From positions 3,648,001-3,712,000 of the forward strand of contig CBDIID010000003.1 in assembly GCA_965279515.1 (NCBI GenBank): a stretch of DNA of 64,000 bases. The letters are read 5' to 3'. The notes below the pieces were generated by a model. That model was not told the origin of the DNA. It saw only the letters and a program-made list of their open reading frames with translations, and made no database searches. The DNA is from Turneriella sp. Its GTDB lineage: Bacteria; Spirochaetota; Leptospiria; Turneriellales; Turneriellaceae. Position 1 is the first letter of the stretch. The number at the start of each line of letters is the position of its first letter. Both the position numbers and the translations under genes were made by a program. Shown here piece after piece: positions 40,730 through 51,175 of this stretch.

Positions 40730-42064
40730 ATGAGCAGTGAAATCTCCAAATTTATGGAGTCGGCAACCGATTCCGACCTCAAAGCGGAGCTCATCCGCTA
40801 TGTTTCGCTTTTTCAGATCAACGAAGTTCTCTCTTCTACTCTCGACTATGACGAAGTCTTGCGCCTGGTTTTGCAAGAGATGCGTACGCTCTCGGGCGCC
40901 GAGATTGCTTCCATTTTTCTCATCAACAAAGCCGACCAGGTGCTTGAGTTCGCAGCGACGACCGATGCAAAAGCTGACTTGCTGAAAAATATTCGTGTGC
41001 CGCTCGGCAAGGGTATCTCAGGGTATGTCGCTCAAACCGGCGAGTATGTGAACCAAGGCGATATCAAGAACGACGCCCGCTTTTATAAAGAGGTGGATAT
41101 CACCCGCGGCGGAGAAACAAAATCTTACCTGTGCGTGCCGCTGAAGCTGCGCGGCGAAATCAAAGGTACTGTGCAGCTCATGAACAAGGCCGGCGGCAAC
41201 CCCTTTAACGACGCCGATGTGCGCCTGATGCTGAATTTTTCCAGCCAGGCGGCGATGGCGATTGAGACGTCGTTACTCCACCGCGATGCACTTTCGAAAA
41301 AGGCATTCGAGCGCGATGTGCATCTCGCCGCCGACATACAGAAACAATCGCTGCCGCACACGATGCCACAGGTGCCGGGTTATGCCGTCTTCGGGCATAC
41401 CGAACCCGCGCAGGATGTGGGCGGGGATTATTTTCAGTTCATCAATCGTAACGACCGTACCGGTAATCTGAAGATGGATCTCATCGTTGCCGACGTTGCC
41501 GGCAAGGGTATTCCGGCTTCGCTCATTGTGTCGAATTTTCACGCAGCGTTGCAACTTTTGTCGCCGCTCTACGATACGCTGGGCGAGCTCGCATTTCAGC
41601 TCAATAATTTCATGCGCCAGAACCTGATTACTGGTACCTTCGTCACAGCTTTCATTGCGCGCCTCGATGCTGTGACCGGTAGAATGCATTATGTCAGCTG
41701 CGGGCATAATCCGCCGTATATCTTTCGCAATGCGGATGGCAAAATTACTGAAGAGCTTCTGCAGCAGAGCGGCACTGCCTTCGGCCTGAGATATGACATG
41801 GAGTACCGCGTGCACCGGCTCGACCTCAAGCCGGGCGAGACGGTACTGATCTATTCCGACGGCATTACCGAGGCGATGGATCCGCAGAATGTGCAGTACG
41901 AAACCGATCGTATGATTGCTTGCGTCAAGAAGGCGCTCGCTAATGCTGGCACCGGTAATCCGGCGGAAACCTGTGTGCAACGCCTGCGCGAAGATGTGGC
42001 GCGGTTTCGTCAAGGCGCTGTTGTGAACGACGATTTGACCGTGGTTTGTTTGCAAAGACAGTAG
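40730..42064 (+). CDS. GAF + SpoIIE (PP2C) phosphatase
   Basis: GAF (GKGISGYVA, LCVPL, LMNK), VGGDYF, ADVAGKG, YSDG, DDLT. Confidence 0.92.
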   Translation: MSSEISKFMESATDSDLKAELIRYVSLFQINEVLSSTLDYDEVLRLVLQEMRTLSGAEIASIFLINKADQVLEFAATTDAKADLLKNIRVPLGKGISGYVAQTGEYVNQGDIKNDARFYKEVDITRGGETKSYLCVPLKLRGEIKGTVQLMNKAGGNPFNDADVRLMLNFSSQAAMAIETSLLHRDALSKKAFERDVHLAADIQKQSLPHTMPQVPGYAVFGHTEPAQDVGGDYFQFINRNDRTGNLKMDLIVADVAGKGIPASLIVSNFHAALQLLSPLYDTLGELAFQLNNFMRQNLITGTFVTAFIARLDAVTGRMHYVSCGHNPPYIFRNADGKITEELLQQSGTAFGLRYDMEYRVHRLDLKPGETVLIYSDGITEAMDPQNVQYETDRMIACVKKALANAGTGNPAETCVQRLREDVARFRQGAVVNDDLTVVCLQRQ

Positions 42065-42072
42065 CGCGCCAG

Positions 42073-42183
42073 GCAGAGCAGGTCGTGCGCGATCTGCGTG
42101 CAGATGTATTACGTTACCGCAAAGGCGCTGAGGTGAGCGGCGACGTTACCGTAGTATGGATCCAGCGCATGCATCAGGCATAA
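42073..42183 (+). pseudogene. Relic duplicate of the SpoIIE C-terminus
   Basis: AEQVVRDLRADVLRYRKGAEVSGDVTVVWIQR aligns by eye with AETCVQRLREDVARFRQGAVVNDDLTVVCLQR of the preceding gene. Confidence 0.6.
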
Positions 42184-42237
42184 AATCCTGCTTTGAAAAG
42201 CTATTGACAATACAGGTACATACGTTATCGCCCGGGC

Positions 42238-43362
42238 ATGTTCGGGTATCGATTTTTTTCGATAACGATGGCCCTGGCCTTTCTTTTTTTTGTTGAGTGT
42301 TCTCCTTTTGGAAAATTTTGGGAAGATGAAAGAAAAAATATTGGAAATCAAGCAAGAATAGCCACTCATTTATACACGGTTGAATCCGGTACGGTCAAGG
42401 CCTACGCGATTGATCAGAAATCGGGTAGTCTTTCTTTTGCAGCGGGGCCGTTCTCCGCCGGAACTCCAAACACCGTGGTTATTGACCCGCGAACGCATTA
42501 TGCATATGTGTTGGGCGCATCGCCGAACGGCCTCAGGGTATATTCTGTTGAAGATCCGAGTACATTTGTGAACCTGGGAAATTATTTGCCGAGCAATGCG
42601 GCTACCAAGATCGCTATTCCACAGTCAGGCAATTTTGTATATCCTTCCGATGACATGAATATTTTTGGTTTTTCTGCTGATACAAGCGGCAATCTCGCAA
42701 GTTTGAGTGGTTTTCCATTGGCGGCGGGATGTATGGCTGGTTCAGCCGTATTTGCAGATCCTCTCTCGCGCTGGTTATACCATTTTTCAACAGGTACCAA
42801 TCTTAAAACAGATCAAATCAATTCTGATGGTACAGTCACTCTCTCAACACAAAGTGCTGCTGTTGCTTCTACTGCCGTGGCTGGCCGGTTTTTAGGTTCG
42901 GGCGAGGGTTTCTATTATATACATAGTTCAACGTCAGCGACAGATAATATTCATTATTATCCGGTGGATCAATCGACCGGGGCGTTAGCGGCGGGCGCTG
43001 GCTTTCCCCTCAGCGCAGGGTGTGTGAGCGCATCGGATGCCATGTTGCATCCCAATGAAAAATTTCTGTATGCTGCAGATTATGCCGACAAAGCTATTTA
43101 TACATATTCGGTCGACCCCACTACCCGGTCACTCACCCAATTGGGCGCACCCGTGGCTACACCAAACGCACCTTCAAAAATGGCGGTTACCCCTGACGGC
43201 AAATACCTTTATTTAGGGGGAGATGATGCAGGCGGAGTAGGGCTCATCAGAACTTACGCAATTGGAAATGACGGTTCGTTGGCGAGCATGCCTGACCTTA
43301 CATTAAGTAATCCCAGTGTGACTAGTATCACCGTGCGTACCGTCAGCGCGCCGCCAAACTAG
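42238..43362 (+). CDS. Lactonase-family beta-propeller protein (probable lipoprotein)
   Basis: Hydrophobic N-terminus with FVEC, blades such as HPNEKFLYAA and TPDGKYLY. Confidence 0.8.
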   Translation: MFGYRFFSITMALAFLFFVECSPFGKFWEDERKNIGNQARIATHLYTVESGTVKAYAIDQKSGSLSFAAGPFSAGTPNTVVIDPRTHYAYVLGASPNGLRVYSVEDPSTFVNLGNYLPSNAATKIAIPQSGNFVYPSDDMNIFGFSADTSGNLASLSGFPLAAGCMAGSAVFADPLSRWLYHFSTGTNLKTDQINSDGTVTLSTQSAAVASTAVAGRFLGSGEGFYYIHSSTSATDNIHYYPVDQSTGALAAGAGFPLSAGCVSASDAMLHPNEKFLYAADYADKAIYTYSVDPTTRSLTQLGAPVATPNAPSKMAVTPDGKYLYLGGDDAGGVGLIRTYAIGNDGSLASMPDLTLSNPSVTSITVRTVSAPPN

Positions 43363-45780
43363 CGATATTTTCCGTCGGTTGATAAAAAAACTGAGCATAA
43401 AGGCAATTGTTAGCGCGTATAGCATGACAGTAATAATTTTACTGAATGAGTTATGAAATGATATTTCAAAAGAGTTTCCGGAAGGGCACATAAGCATTTG
43501 ATTTGTGTCGGTCTGAAAGATCGGCTCTCCATTTTGGCTTTGCCAATCAGGAAAAAAGCTTTGTTTGATTTCTACGGGCGTGCATGATTTACCTTTCTCC
43601 GGGAGCGGCATTTCGCCTTGCAGTTTGTTTCCCCCGTCGAACCTTGAATAAAGCAAAGCGGAATTTCTGACGTCCGGCAAAGGAATCTTTCTGTGGTATT
43701 TTGCAGGAAGTTTTACTATTGTATACAGGAAATGCACGTGGTTATTCGGTTTATGAGTCTTCTCGAAGTTGACTAAAATCAGGGGAAGGTTCAGTGCTTC
43801 CAGATGCTGAACGGAGTGTGAGGGTGCAAGAGCGCGCTCGGAATTAAAAATTATTACAGCTGACAGTTTGTTTTTGACTTCGCTTAAATCGCTTGCAGGT
43901 TGGTCCAGATTGATAATGGGCGCTGTTTTTCCCAGCAGGATTCTCGTCTGATTTGCGTACAGCAAGAAATCCTTTGGTGGCAATGGTCCATTTTTCATCA
44001 AATGCGACAGACTCGCAAAGCCGATAGGTAACTCAGAAAGGCTTGAAAGAAAGGGGCGGGCATACCGGATTTTATAAATAAACGCATTATCGCTGAAAAA
44101 GACCGGTTCAAACGCGCTGTTGCGCTGATTCAGATAATTGTGCATGGTAGCTGTTCTTCCGATCACATATTGCACTCCTGCCCTTTCAAGATATTCCGGG
44201 AGTAACTCTCCCTCATTTCCGGGCTCATGTAATTTCGAGAGCCAATTACTGTCGATTCCCCAAACAAACACATGGGGGAGCGCTTTGAGAAGGTATCCAT
44301 AAGTGACCAAAGAAGAAAGTGATGATTCGATCGTAAGTCCCAAAGCGTTTTTCTTCGCATTTTGACTTAAGAGATAGTCAACGCTGTGAGGGCTGCCAAA
44401 AAGTTCTGTGTTCCGGACTTTTTCCGGCAAGAAGATAGCATTTCTGGGTATTTGCTGCAAAGCGGTTTCTATGCTCTTGAAATGTGCTCTGTAATCGTTT
44501 AGTTTCATGCTTGCATAGCCTTCATGCGCCATGAAATCCCATGAGAGAAATCGGAAGATGAGCAGAATGGGCACGAGCGCCATGCCAATATTGGCATAGG
44601 GGGATTTGATTTTTGTGCCCAGATAGGAGAGGCTTAATGTACAAACGATGCAATACAGCGCAAAGGCGAGGTCAAAAATCCGATACCAATGAATTCCGAC
44701 AAAAAATAATAAAAGAGGAACAGAACTATCTTGGCTGATCCACATGAACAGAAAGCTTGCCGGCAGTACAAAGATAAATTTTTCCTGGGTGCTCCGATCG
44801 ATAATAATTGCCTTAAAGGCAAACACGTATAGACCCAAAAAGACTAAATGCAGCCATTTAAAGGACACGAGGAATTCGGTAAATACATAGCTCCCGATCG
44901 ATGCTTGCTTGGTAAATGCCGCTAAAATATCAATTCCCAATAAGGAGTTGATAACGGGAAAACTAATAATCGAAGGGCCACCACTTGTAAAAGCAGAATA
45001 TTTTAGATAAACAAAAATCATGGGCAGAGCGGGCACAAGAGGAAGAACGAACAGAGCGAAAATAGATTGCATCTTGAAACTCTTCCGATAGATCAGGAAG
45101 TATAGTGTTAAAGTGAGGTAGCAGAACGCCAAACTCAAGTAATGGGTATAGAACAGAATGGCGACCGATAAAATGAAGCGAACAAAATTACGAAACTGTT
45201 TCTTTCTGCGATAGCTCTCCAAAAAATAAAGACTTAAAAAAACAATGCCTAAAGCAAATGTTGAGACAACGGTGCCATTGATGAAACCGATAAGAGAGGT
45301 AGCTTGCGTGCCTTTTCCGGCGTAAGTAAAATAGAGGGTAATTGCCGAGATAATAAGAGCGAACCGCTTAAAAAACCCCACTTGCTCTAAAAGCAAATCA
45401 ATATACTTAATGAATGCCCACGAAAAGAAAATCAATGTCGAAAAAACCAGGAGATTAAATGCCAGTCCGGGCGATTGCAAAAAAAAATTAGATTGAGAGG
45501 CCAGAAAGTAGAAAAACGGAGGATAAAAATAAAAAACCGGAAAGCCTCCAAACCATGTGGGGTCGTATCCGACAGAATCAAAATTACTAAATAGTCGGCC
45601 ATAAACTCCTGCCAGGTGTCTATGGCCAAGGGTGTCCCATCCTGTTATCGGTTCTGAAGAAAATAAGAAACTAAATTTGATGCTTAAGAGGGCGAAGACG
45701 ACTGCCAGGCTTAAGAGAGGCGCCAGTGCCTCATGGCTCCTAATGGTCCTTCCCAGCTCCAACCAGCGCGAAAATTTCAT
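43303..45780 (-). CDS. Polytopic membrane protein, GT-C glycosyltransferase/PTPS-related family
   Basis: GWDTLGH, WFGGFPVFYFYPP, many TM helices, C-terminal SFFPDW. Confidence 0.72.
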   Translation of the reverse strand: MKFSRWLELGRTIRSHEALAPLLSLAVVFALLSIKFSFLFSSEPITGWDTLGHRHLAGVYGRLFSNFDSVGYDPTWFGGFPVFYFYPPFFYFLASQSNFFLQSPGLAFNLLVFSTLIFFSWAFIKYIDLLLEQVGFFKRFALIISAITLYFTYAGKGTQATSLIGFINGTVVSTFALGIVFLSLYFLESYRRKKQFRNFVRFILSVAILFYTHYLSLAFCYLTLTLYFLIYRKSFKMQSIFALFVLPLVPALPMIFVYLKYSAFTSGGPSIISFPVINSLLGIDILAAFTKQASIGSYVFTEFLVSFKWLHLVFLGLYVFAFKAIIIDRSTQEKFIFVLPASFLFMWISQDSSVPLLLFFVGIHWYRIFDLAFALYCIVCTLSLSYLGTKIKSPYANIGMALVPILLIFRFLSWDFMAHEGYASMKLNDYRAHFKSIETALQQIPRNAIFLPEKVRNTELFGSPHSVDYLLSQNAKKNALGLTIESSLSSLVTYGYLLKALPHVFVWGIDSNWLSKLHEPGNEGELLPEYLERAGVQYVIGRTATMHNYLNQRNSAFEPVFFSDNAFIYKIRYARPFLSSLSELPIGFASLSHLMKNGPLPPKDFLLYANQTRILLGKTAPIINLDQPASDLSEVKNKLSAVIIFNSERALAPSHSVQHLEALNLPLILVNFEKTHKPNNHVHFLYTIVKLPAKYHRKIPLPDVRNSALLYSRFDGGNKLQGEMPLPEKGKSCTPVEIKQSFFPDWQSQNGEPIFQTDTNQMLMCPSGNSFEISFHNSFSKIITVMLYALTIAFMLSFFINRRKISLVWRRADGTHGDTSHTGIT

Positions 45781-47236
45781 ACTTTTGATTTTGGAAAACC
45801 GGAACCACATAATCTTTTTCTTGCTTCATTTTGGCAATGATTACAGTGTGAATAGACTTTTCCAGCACGGCATATTTTGCGTTTAACCTGGTTATTGCCA
45901 GATGCGGTTTATCGAGCATGCCCGAATAAAATTCTTTCAGCAAAGAATACTTTTGAGTATTGTGGGAGTAGGCATATGCGGGGTTTAAGCCAAATGGATA
46001 GTAGTTATGGGCATTTTTGAAAAAAAAGACCGGAAAGTCGTCCCAGGGTAATAGAACCAGGCTCTGTTTGGGAGTGTTGCTCTTTAGCCAGTGAGCGGCG
46101 TCAAAAGCATATTGCGGATTCTGCATTCTGAATTGGAGTAATATTCTATTATAGGTTTGAGGTAAGTTGAAAAATAGTATCTGCAATGCGAATAGTGCGC
46201 AAATCACTCTCTTTGTATTCTCTGAAATGAGCATGACATTTGCTGTCGCAGCGAAGATAGTTACAAATGGGAGGAAATACTCTAGAGGTTTGACTGCCAT
46301 GGATAAAGAGGCAATGCTGAGTATAACAAGACCCAGCAGGGTTTTCTCGAACGCAGAGTCGATTTTCGTGGCTATGACCCTGGCGGCCAGGAAAACCATG
46401 GGCACAAAAATTGCGACGGTCTGTACATTTCTCGCGGCAGGAAGCCATTCAGCTATGGTTTCAATCTCATTGCCGTGAAAAAACTGGACAAAAAACTCTG
46501 CATAGTATCCTTTGAATTGATGGGGAAACGACGGATGTAGAATAAGAGCGGAAATAATTCCCCCCAAGGTTGCGGTAAGACATTTCCACTCAATTGCTTT
46601 CTTTTCGACGGTTTCGGCTATGGTGAACAATAAAGCCGCAACAATCAGGACTGGAAAACCCGGGTATGCCCACACTGATATAAAAGAAAGGATTCCGAGG
46701 GCTTTCCAATTCTTGTTTCGCAGATATTTCAAAAACAAAAACAATAGGCCCAGGAAAAGAGTAATTCCTCTGCCAAACATGAGCCTGCCGGTAAAAATAG
46801 GTGATGCCAGAAGAAAAAATAGCATCCAGAACCAGCGATAAGGTAAGTTGTTGTCTTTTAGAAGATAGCCCAGGCACCAGGTTGAAAAGCTTGAAAAAAG
46901 CACAGTTCCGATTTTAGCCGCCCAAATGAGATTGTGGTTGGTCAGCAGAATCAGAAGTGATTGGAGAGCTTGAAAAACAAAGTGAAAATGCACGAAATTA
47001 TCACTGAAACCTGTGAAAGCCATTTGTGGTAATTGATAAATAATTCCATGTTCCAGCATTAGGTTAGCGATTTGAATGTGAAAATACAGATCATGGTCCA
47101 ATAAGTAGGGCGTGTGAAATTGCAGAATCGAAAAAAAACAGGCCGGAAGAATGAAGTATAATCCTAGTTCGCGGTCTTTTACGGGCAAAGGGATCAACTT
47201 GGCAAGCTTGTCTTTAAGAAACCGCAGAGAGCGCAT
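45740..47236 (-). CDS. Polytopic membrane protein, GT-C-like
   Basis: DHDLYFHI after TM1, multiple TM, AAHWLKSNTP..WDDFP C-terminal motif. Confidence 0.65.
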   Translation of the reverse strand: MRSLRFLKDKLAKLIPLPVKDRELGLYFILPACFFSILQFHTPYLLDHDLYFHIQIANLMLEHGIIYQLPQMAFTGFSDNFVHFHFVFQALQSLLILLTNHNLIWAAKIGTVLFSSFSTWCLGYLLKDNNLPYRWFWMLFFLLASPIFTGRLMFGRGITLFLGLLFLFLKYLRNKNWKALGILSFISVWAYPGFPVLIVAALLFTIAETVEKKAIEWKCLTATLGGIISALILHPSFPHQFKGYYAEFFVQFFHGNEIETIAEWLPAARNVQTVAIFVPMVFLAARVIATKIDSAFEKTLLGLVILSIASLSMAVKPLEYFLPFVTIFAATANVMLISENTKRVICALFALQILFFNLPQTYNRILLQFRMQNPQYAFDAAHWLKSNTPKQSLVLLPWDDFPVFFFKNAHNYYPFGLNPAYAYSHNTQKYSLLKEFYSGMLDKPHLAITRLNAKYAVLEKSIHTVIIAKMKQEKDYVVPVFQNQKYEIFALVGAGKDH

Positions 47237-47279
47237 TGTATTTGGCTACCAACTAAGAAATTGGTTTAAAATCTGACGA

Positions 47280-48248
47280 CTAATCATTTGTCAATTTTAC
47301 TGCATGACTGAGCTCTTTGGGTATGAGGACGAGATTAAGGTGATATCTGTCATCGTTGACATTATCGAAGACGCTTTCTGTAAAATCTACCAGTTGGTAT
47401 CTTCCGGTGTAAGTGTCGTAATCATATGTCTCAGTTGAGAAGTACTTGAACAGGTACCCATCGGGTACGATTTTTTCAAATGATTCAAATTTTCCGAAAA
47501 AATTTCGCCCCACGAGATTGTATTCCATTACAACGATCGGCCTTTCCTTTTTCAGAGTCTGTTGAAGTCCTTCCATAGCAGATTTTTCAGATCCTTCAAT
47601 GTCAATTTTTATTATGCAAAAATCTTTGATGTTATTTGCCTTGAAAAAATCATCGCCCCTTACAATCGGCAACTTCTTAAAAGGGGTGTTCTCTTTTGAA
47701 AAATTCCGGATAAAGGATCCGGTCCCCAGATTGTTCTGTGGAGGTTTAAAAAAATCAGCCTCTGAATTTATTTCACCCAGCCCAATCTTCCACAGATGAA
47801 TTTGAGACAATTTGTTGAGCTGAATCATCCGGGTCATGTCCCGCCATGCTGGGTCATAAGGTTCAAAAGCATAAATTGTCTGCGCATATTTGGACATAAA
47901 AAAAGAGTGCTGCCCTCGATTCGACCCGACATCCACAAAATTACGGCATCCCGATAAACCGAAATTATCTCTCATGAAAAAAAGTAAGGGTTTTTCATAT
48001 GCTCCATAGAGCAGTATCTCCCGGTCGATCAAGTTGCCAGAGGTGCCAAAATATGTGATGCCGAAAAAATCCAGGGAGAAAGGAAATTCATTTCTGATAG
48101 TTACAGAGTTCAGTTTAAATTCGGCCCGATATTTTGCAGCCATAAACTCAGCTTTCGAATCTTTACACAATGAACCAGCCAGGACGTTTACGACCAAACC
48201 ACTCAGAAGCAGGGCTCTGCCGGTCACTTTGGAGTATTTCATGATCAT
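47280..48248 (-). CDS. FkbM family methyltransferase
   Basis: FVDVGSNRG, YAFEP, IKIDIEGSE. Confidence 0.9.
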   Translation of the reverse strand: MIMKYSKVTGRALLLSGLVVNVLAGSLCKDSKAEFMAAKYRAEFKLNSVTIRNEFPFSLDFFGITYFGTSGNLIDREILLYGAYEKPLLFFMRDNFGLSGCRNFVDVGSNRGQHSFFMSKYAQTIYAFEPYDPAWRDMTRMIQLNKLSQIHLWKIGLGEINSEADFFKPPQNNLGTGSFIRNFSKENTPFKKLPIVRGDDFFKANNIKDFCIIKIDIEGSEKSAMEGLQQTLKKERPIVVMEYNLVGRNFFGKFESFEKIVPDGYLFKYFSTETYDYDTYTGRYQLVDFTESVFDNVNDDRYHLNLVLIPKELSHAVKLTND

Positions 48249-48428
48249 CTAGCAAGAATTCAACTGGTTTTCCACCAAAAGCATCGCCGCATACCGAGGC
48301 ACTCGATTCGGTTAATCAGAATCTAAAAACCGGCTGTGGGAAGTAAACACTATTCGAAGGCCTATGAAACGGGTTTGGCGGATTTCCATTCTCCTCGACG
48401 CCCCCTCTCGGCAAAAAAATCCTGTCGC

Positions 48429-51143
48429 ATGCAGAACCCGAATTGGGCCGATAAGCTCGGCACGCGTAAGAAACTTTCCACGGCCGCTGGCGAGATTGCC
48501 TATTATTCACTCCCTGAACTCGCGAAAAAATACCCCAACATCAACCGCCTCCCTTATAGCATCCGCATTCTGCTCGAAGCGGCGCTCAGGCAAGAAGACG
48601 GATTTATCATCGATGAGAACCATATCAAAACCATCGCCGAATATAACCCAAAATCCGTAAAAGAAGAGGAGATCCCTTTCAAACCTGCACGCGTTGTCAT
48701 GCAGGATTTCACCGGTGTGCCGGGCGTCGTCGACCTCGCGGCGATGCGCGATGCGATGACTGAACTCAAAATTGATCCGACAAAAATAAATCCCGTACTG
48801 CCTGTTGACCTCGTGATCGACCACTCGGTGCAGGTGGATTTTGCCGGCGGGGCTGACTCGCTCGATAAAAATAATAAGCTCGAGTTCGAACGCAATGGCG
48901 AGCGTTATGAATTCCTCCGCTGGGGTTCGGGCGCGTTCTCTAACTTCCAGGTCGTACCTCCCGCCACCGGCATTGTACACCAGGTAAACCTCGAATATCT
49001 CGCGAAGGTTGTGCAGACGCGTACGCATAACGGCGAACTCGTCGCCTACCCCGATTCGCTTGTGGGCACCGACTCGCATACCACGATGATCAACGGCCTG
49101 GGTGTCCTGGGTTGGGGTGTTGGCGGTATCGAGGCCGAAGCCGTGATGCTCGAGCAGCCGATCTATATGCTGATTCCCGAAGTTGTCGGGTTTAAGCTCA
49201 CCGGAGCATTGCCCGAAGGCGCGACGGCAACCGACCTCGTGCTCACCGTTACACAGATGCTGCGTAAGCATGGTGTCGTCGGCAAGTTCGTCGAATTCTA
49301 TGGCGAAGGTTTAAGCAACATGACACTCGCCGACCGTGCGACCATCGCCAACATGGCGCCCGAGTATGGTGCGACGATGGGCTTTTTCCCGATCGACGAC
49401 GAAACTCTGCGTTACATGCGCCTGACCGGCCGCGACGATAAACTCGTCGACCTGGTAGAGAAGTATTCCAAGGCGCAGGGCCTGTTCCTTACTAAAGAAG
49501 CCCCAACGCCTGATTTCAGTTCAACACTCGAACTCGACATGGGCAAGGTTGTGCCCTCGATTGCCGGCCCCAAGCGGCCACAAGACCGCATCGAACTGAA
49601 GAACGCTAAAGCCGAATACCACAAGGCGATGGCTGACATCTTTAAAGACGCACCTGACAAAACGGTGGATGTCACCCTGCATGGCAAAGCTGAAAAGCTG
49701 GGCAATGGTTCACTTGTGATCGCTGCGATCACTTCATGCACCAATACATCCAACCCCTCTGTGCTCATCGCTGCGGGTCTCGTTGCCGAAAAAGCAGCAA
49801 AAGCCGGACTGCACGTGCCAGCTACGGTCAAGAGCTCACTCGCACCGGGGTCGCGCGTTGTAACAAAATATCTTGAGGCAGCAGGCTTACAAAAGTCGCT
49901 CGACCAGATCGGCTTCAACACCGTGGGTTATGGCTGCACCACCTGCATCGGTAACAGCGGGCCGCTCGATCAAACTATTTCCGATTCGATCAATAAGAAC
50001 AATCTTACCGTGGGCGCTGTGCTCTCCGGTAACCGGAACTTTGAAGGCCGTATTCACGCCGATGTGAAGGCGAACTACCTGGCTTCACCGCCGCTCGTCG
50101 TCGCCTACGCGCTCGCCGGCACGATGGACATCGACTTTGATAAAGAGAAGATCCAGGGCAAGGTGACGCTCAAAGAAATCTGGCCGACACAAAAAGAGGT
50201 CAACGATGCTCTTGCCAAGGCTGTAACCTCTGACCTCTTTAAGAAAGAGTATGGTAACGTTTTCAAGGCCAATGCGATGTGGAATGATATCAAGGTCGGT
50301 GCCGGCAGCACCTACCAATGGGACCAGAAATCCACATACATTGCGAAGCCGAACTATTTTGAAAATTTCTCGCTCAAAGAGCCGGGAATTCCCGTTCTGA
50401 AAGACATCAGCTGCCTCGCGGTCTTCGGCGATTCGGTCACCACCGACCACATCTCGCCCGCGGGTAATATTAAAAAAGACGGCCCTGCCGGTAAGTACCT
50501 GCAGGCCCGCGGCGTTCAGCCGGTTGACTTTAACACCTATGGCGCGCGCCGCGGTAACCACGAAGTTATGGTGCGCGGTACGTTCGCGAATACACGCATC
50601 AAGAACCTCATGACAGCTCCGGAAGCCGTCAGCGGCAAAACCGCCGACTGGACCAAGGTGCCTGAAGGCGGCAACACGGTGCATATCCCATCGGGTGAAA
50701 AGATGAGCATCTTTGACGCGGCGATGAAATACATGGAAGCAAAAACTCCGCTCATTGTACTCGCCGGAAAGGAATATGGTACCGGTTCATCGCGCGACTG
50801 GGCGGCGAAAGGCCCTGCGCTGCAGGGTATCAAGGTTGTGATCGCTGAAAGTTTTGAACGTATTCACCGCTCAAACCTCATTGGCATGGGCATTCTGCCG
50901 CTGCAGTTTAAGAATGGCGAAAATGCGCAGGGTCTGGGTCTCGACGGTACGGAAATTTTCAACGTCGAGGGTTATGACAATAATTTGAAGCCGCGCACCG
51001 ATATCAAAGTCACCGCCAAAAAGAAAGATGGTTCACTGGTTTCATTCACGACGCTGAATCGTGTGGATACCCCGGTTGAGGTTGTTTACCTCAAGAACGG
51101 GGGTATTCTCCATACGGTCCTGAGAAAACTGGGCGCCGGCTAA
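48429..51143 (+). CDS. acnA: Aconitate hydratase A
   Basis: [49 protein letters not shown]. Confidence 0.98.
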   Translation: MQNPNWADKLGTRKKLSTAAGEIAYYSLPELAKKYPNINRLPYSIRILLEAALRQEDGFIIDENHIKTIAEYNPKSVKEEEIPFKPARVVMQDFTGVPGVVDLAAMRDAMTELKIDPTKINPVLPVDLVIDHSVQVDFAGGADSLDKNNKLEFERNGERYEFLRWGSGAFSNFQVVPPATGIVHQVNLEYLAKVVQTRTHNGELVAYPDSLVGTDSHTTMINGLGVLGWGVGGIEAEAVMLEQPIYMLIPEVVGFKLTGALPEGATATDLVLTVTQMLRKHGVVGKFVEFYGEGLSNMTLADRATIANMAPEYGATMGFFPIDDETLRYMRLTGRDDKLVDLVEKYSKAQGLFLTKEAPTPDFSSTLELDMGKVVPSIAGPKRPQDRIELKNAKAEYHKAMADIFKDAPDKTVDVTLHGKAEKLGNGSLVIAAITSCTNTSNPSVLIAAGLVAEKAAKAGLHVPATVKSSLAPGSRVVTKYLEAAGLQKSLDQIGFNTVGYGCTTCIGNSGPLDQTISDSINKNNLTVGAVLSGNRNFEGRIHADVKANYLASPPLVVAYALAGTMDIDFDKEKIQGKVTLKEIWPTQKEVNDALAKAVTSDLFKKEYGNVFKANAMWNDIKVGAGSTYQWDQKSTYIAKPNYFENFSLKEPGIPVLKDISCLAVFGDSVTTDHISPAGNIKKDGPAGKYLQARGVQPVDFNTYGARRGNHEVMVRGTFANTRIKNLMTAPEAVSGKTADWTKVPEGGNTVHIPSGEKMSIFDAAMKYMEAKTPLIVLAGKEYGTGSSRDWAAKGPALQGIKVVIAESFERIHRSNLIGMGILPLQFKNGENAQGLGLDGTEIFNVEGYDNNLKPRTDIKVTAKKKDGSLVSFTTLNRVDTPVEVVYLKNGGILHTVLRKLGAG

Positions 51144-51157
51144 GCGGGCTTATGACG

Positions 51158-51171
51158 GGGGGATATCCCCC
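51158..51171. terminator. GC stem between convergent genes
   Basis: GGGGGATATCCCCC perfect palindrome between acnA and the convergent gene. Confidence 0.45.
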
Positions 51172-51175
51172 TTGA

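Noticed and set aside
48507..50833. Several antisense ORFs within acnA
   Set aside because: Codon-bias shadows of aconitase.
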